This document shows, in pieces, positions 1 through 951 of a stretch of DNA of 951 nucleotides. The translations under genes were made by a program, and so were the position numbers. The stretch's first letter is position 1, and every line of letters starts with the position of its first letter. The notes beneath the pieces are model-generated. The model ran no database searches. It saw only the letters and a list, made by a program, of their open reading frames with translations, and was not told the origin of the DNA. The DNA is from a phage. Location of the stretch: the sequence record OP745096.1, one strand, 5' to 3'.

Positions 1-951
1 ATGACCACCCTGTGGACCGAAAAATATCGCCCGCAGAGCATGGAAGATTATGTGAGCAAAAACGATGCGCTGCGCCAGAAAATGGAAGAATGGATTAAAA
101 CCGGCGATATTCCGCATATTGGCTTTTTTGGCCCGGCGGGCACCGGCAAAACCAGCGCGATTAAAGTGCTGATTAACGGCCTGGTGCAGAACGGCCATCT
201 GGATCCGAGCGATGTGACCACCCTGAACATGAGCGATGAAGGCATTGATGCGGTGCGCGATAAAATTGATGCGGCGGCGAAACTGAGCTGCTTTGGCCGC
301 TATCGCATTTTTGTGCTGGAAGAAATGGAACAGATGAACCATAAAGCGCAGGGCAGCCTGAAACGCGTGATGGAAGATTATCATGAAAACGCGCGCTTTA
401 TTCTGACCAGCAACGAACCGCATAAAATTCAGAAACCGATTATTAGCCGCGTGCAGGTGATTACCATTGAAAAACATGATATGGAACAGTTTATGACCCG
501 CATTTATAACATTCTGCTGGCGGAAGGCGTGGATCTGAGCAGCGATGATAGCGTGGAACAGGTGCAGAAATATATTAACGCGAGCTATCCGGATTTTCGC
601 AAAACCCTGAACGTGCTGCAGAGCAGCGTGGTGGATGGCAAACTGGTGAAACTGGAAGATAGCATTGAAAACAGCGCGGGCTATCGCACCGCGATTGTGG
701 AAGCGCTGAAAGCGGGCAACATTCGCCAGATGCGCGAACAGATTGTGCAGAACATTCCGGATGATGAAATGGATGCGTTTTTTAGCTATCTGTATCGCAA
801 CGCGGAAATGTTTAGCACCGATGAAATTACCCTGATGAAAATTAAAGTGAAAATTCGCGATGCGGTGGTGAAACAGGCGACCGTGAGCGATCGCGAAATG
901 AACCTGAGCGCGCTGCTGTGCGAAATTGATCTGATTTGCAGCGGCAACATG
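1..951 (+). CDS. Sliding-clamp loader AAA+ ATPase subunit (RFC small subunit / phage T4 gp44-like); 3' end open, no stop codon in window
   Basis: Frame 1 is open across all 317 codons from ATG at nt 1. The hand translation begins MTTLWTEKYRPQSMEDYVSK... and contains, in canonical order and spacing, WTEKYRP, GPAGTGKTS (Walker A), LNMSDEGIDAVR (RFC box), IFVLEE (Walker B-like), LTSN (sensor 1), SRV (SRC-like arginine finger) and PDFRKTLNVLQS (sensor 2). The ~317+ aa length matches the ~320 aa typical of gp44 and RFC small subunits. The family assignment rests on remembered motif knowledge, not a database search. Confidence 0.9.
   Translation, partial: MTTLWTEKYRPQSMEDYVSKNDALRQKMEEWIKTGDIPHIGFFGPAGTGKTSAIKVLINGLVQNGHLDPSDVTTLNMSDEGIDAVRDKIDAAAKLSCFGRYRIFVLEEMEQMNHKAQGSLKRVMEDYHENARFILTSNEPHKIQKPIISRVQVITIEKHDMEQFMTRIYNILLAEGVDLSSDDSVEQVQKYINASYPDFRKTLNVLQSSVVDGKLVKLEDSIENSAGYRTAIVEALKAGNIRQMREQIVQNIPDDEMDAFFSYLYRNAEMFSTDEITLMKIKVKIRDAVVKQATVSDREMNLSALLCEIDLICSGNM
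13..33 (+). other. N-terminal W-x-EKYRP clamp-loader signature (residues W5-P11)
   Basis: Translated WTEKYRP. The EKYRP box is the conserved N-terminal motif (RFC box II) of RFC subunits, T4 gp44 and bacterial gamma/tau. Confidence 0.8.
130..153 (+). other. Walker A / P-loop GPAGTGKT (residues G44-T51)
   Basis: Codons ggc ccg gcg ggc acc ggc aaa acc give GPAGTGKT, which fits the GxxxxGK[TS] consensus and closely resembles RFC GPPGTGKT. Confidence 0.9.
223..258 (+). other. RFC box IV-like motif LNMSDEGIDAVR (residues L75-R86)
   Basis: Matches the clamp-loader motif LN-[AG]-SD-x-(R)GID-x-[VI]R located between Walker A and Walker B. Confidence 0.75.
307..324 (+). other. Walker B variant IFVLEE (residues I103-E108), hhhhEE instead of hhhhDE
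   Basis: A hydrophobic beta-strand followed by two acidic residues at the expected distance from Walker A. It aligns to RFC FLDEAD and gp44 VIDEFD, but the first acidic residue is Glu rather than Asp. Confidence 0.7.
403..414 (+). other. Sensor 1 region LTSN (residues L135-N138)
   Basis: The hydrophobic strand FILTSN ending in a polar Thr/Ser-Asn corresponds to the sensor-1 position in RFC (ILSCN) and gp44 (ITANN). Confidence 0.65.
445..453 (+). other. SRC-like motif S-R-V with the putative arginine finger (residues S149-V151)
   Basis: The PIISRVQVI context matches RFC PIQSRCAIF and gp44 PLQSRCRVI. Arg150 is retained and the Cys is replaced by Val. Confidence 0.7.
589..624 (+). other. Sensor 2 helix in the lid domain PDFRKTLNVLQS (residues P197-S208)
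   Basis: Resembles RFC small-subunit GDMRRAxNxLQ and gp44 FPDFRKTIGELD; Arg200 is the likely sensor-2 arginine. Confidence 0.7.

Noticed and set aside
124-129. T6 homopolymer (tttttt), a possible slippery or frameshift site
   Set aside because: It is simply two adjacent Phe codons (F42-F43) under fixed codon choice, and the frame stays open with conserved motifs on both sides.
48-245. 65-aa ORF on the minus strand listed in the six-frame track
   Set aside because: It lies entirely antisense to the strongly supported clamp-loader CDS, across the Walker A region. Its translation is low-complexity with no recognisable motif, and the underlying DNA is a back-translation, so antisense open frames are artefactual.
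40-381. Exact 12-nt repeat atggaagattat at nt 40-51 and nt 370-381, plus recurring gaagaaatggaa-like strings
   Set aside because: They arise because the peptide M-E-D-Y occurs twice and each amino acid is encoded by a single fixed codon. They are not genuine DNA repeats or regulatory elements.
919-939. Two cysteines near the C-terminus (C307, C313), a possible metal-binding site
   Set aside because: Only two Cys with no further Cys or His partners in the right spacing; the zinc module of bacterial DnaX sits elsewhere and has four ligands.
1-951. Internal promoter, RBS or terminator signals and GC-content anomalies
   Set aside because: The nucleotide sequence is synthetic, so any such match would be uninformative, and there is no intergenic sequence in the window.
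1-951. Assignment as a component of a novel anti-phage defence or other undescribed system
   Set aside because: No neighbouring genes are visible and the motif set is fully explained by a conventional replication clamp loader; a novel-system claim would be unsupported speculation.

Overview
The whole window is one uninterrupted + strand reading frame (frame 1, nt 1-951, 317 codons, ATG at nt 1, no stop before the window ends), which I translated by hand. It encodes an AAA+ clamp-loader ATPase of the RFC small-subunit / phage T4 gp44 family, recognised from its motifs in canonical order: N-terminal W-x-EKYRP, Walker A GPAGTGKT, the RFC box LNMSDEGIDAVR, a Walker B variant, sensor 1, an SRC-like arginine finger and a sensor-2 helix PDFRKTLNVLQS. 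Two caveats dominate interpretation. First, the DNA is a deterministic back-translation: every amino acid uses exactly one codon (the most frequent E. coli codon), so codon usage, GC content, promoters, RBS and repeats carry no native information. Second, the supplied ORF track omits this ORF, probably because it lacks a stop, and lists only a 65-aa antisense ORF that I consider spurious. There are no flanking genes, so I cannot support any claim of a novel multi-gene system; the only unusual sequence-level feature is the Walker B box VLEEME, where the canonical Asp is replaced by Glu.
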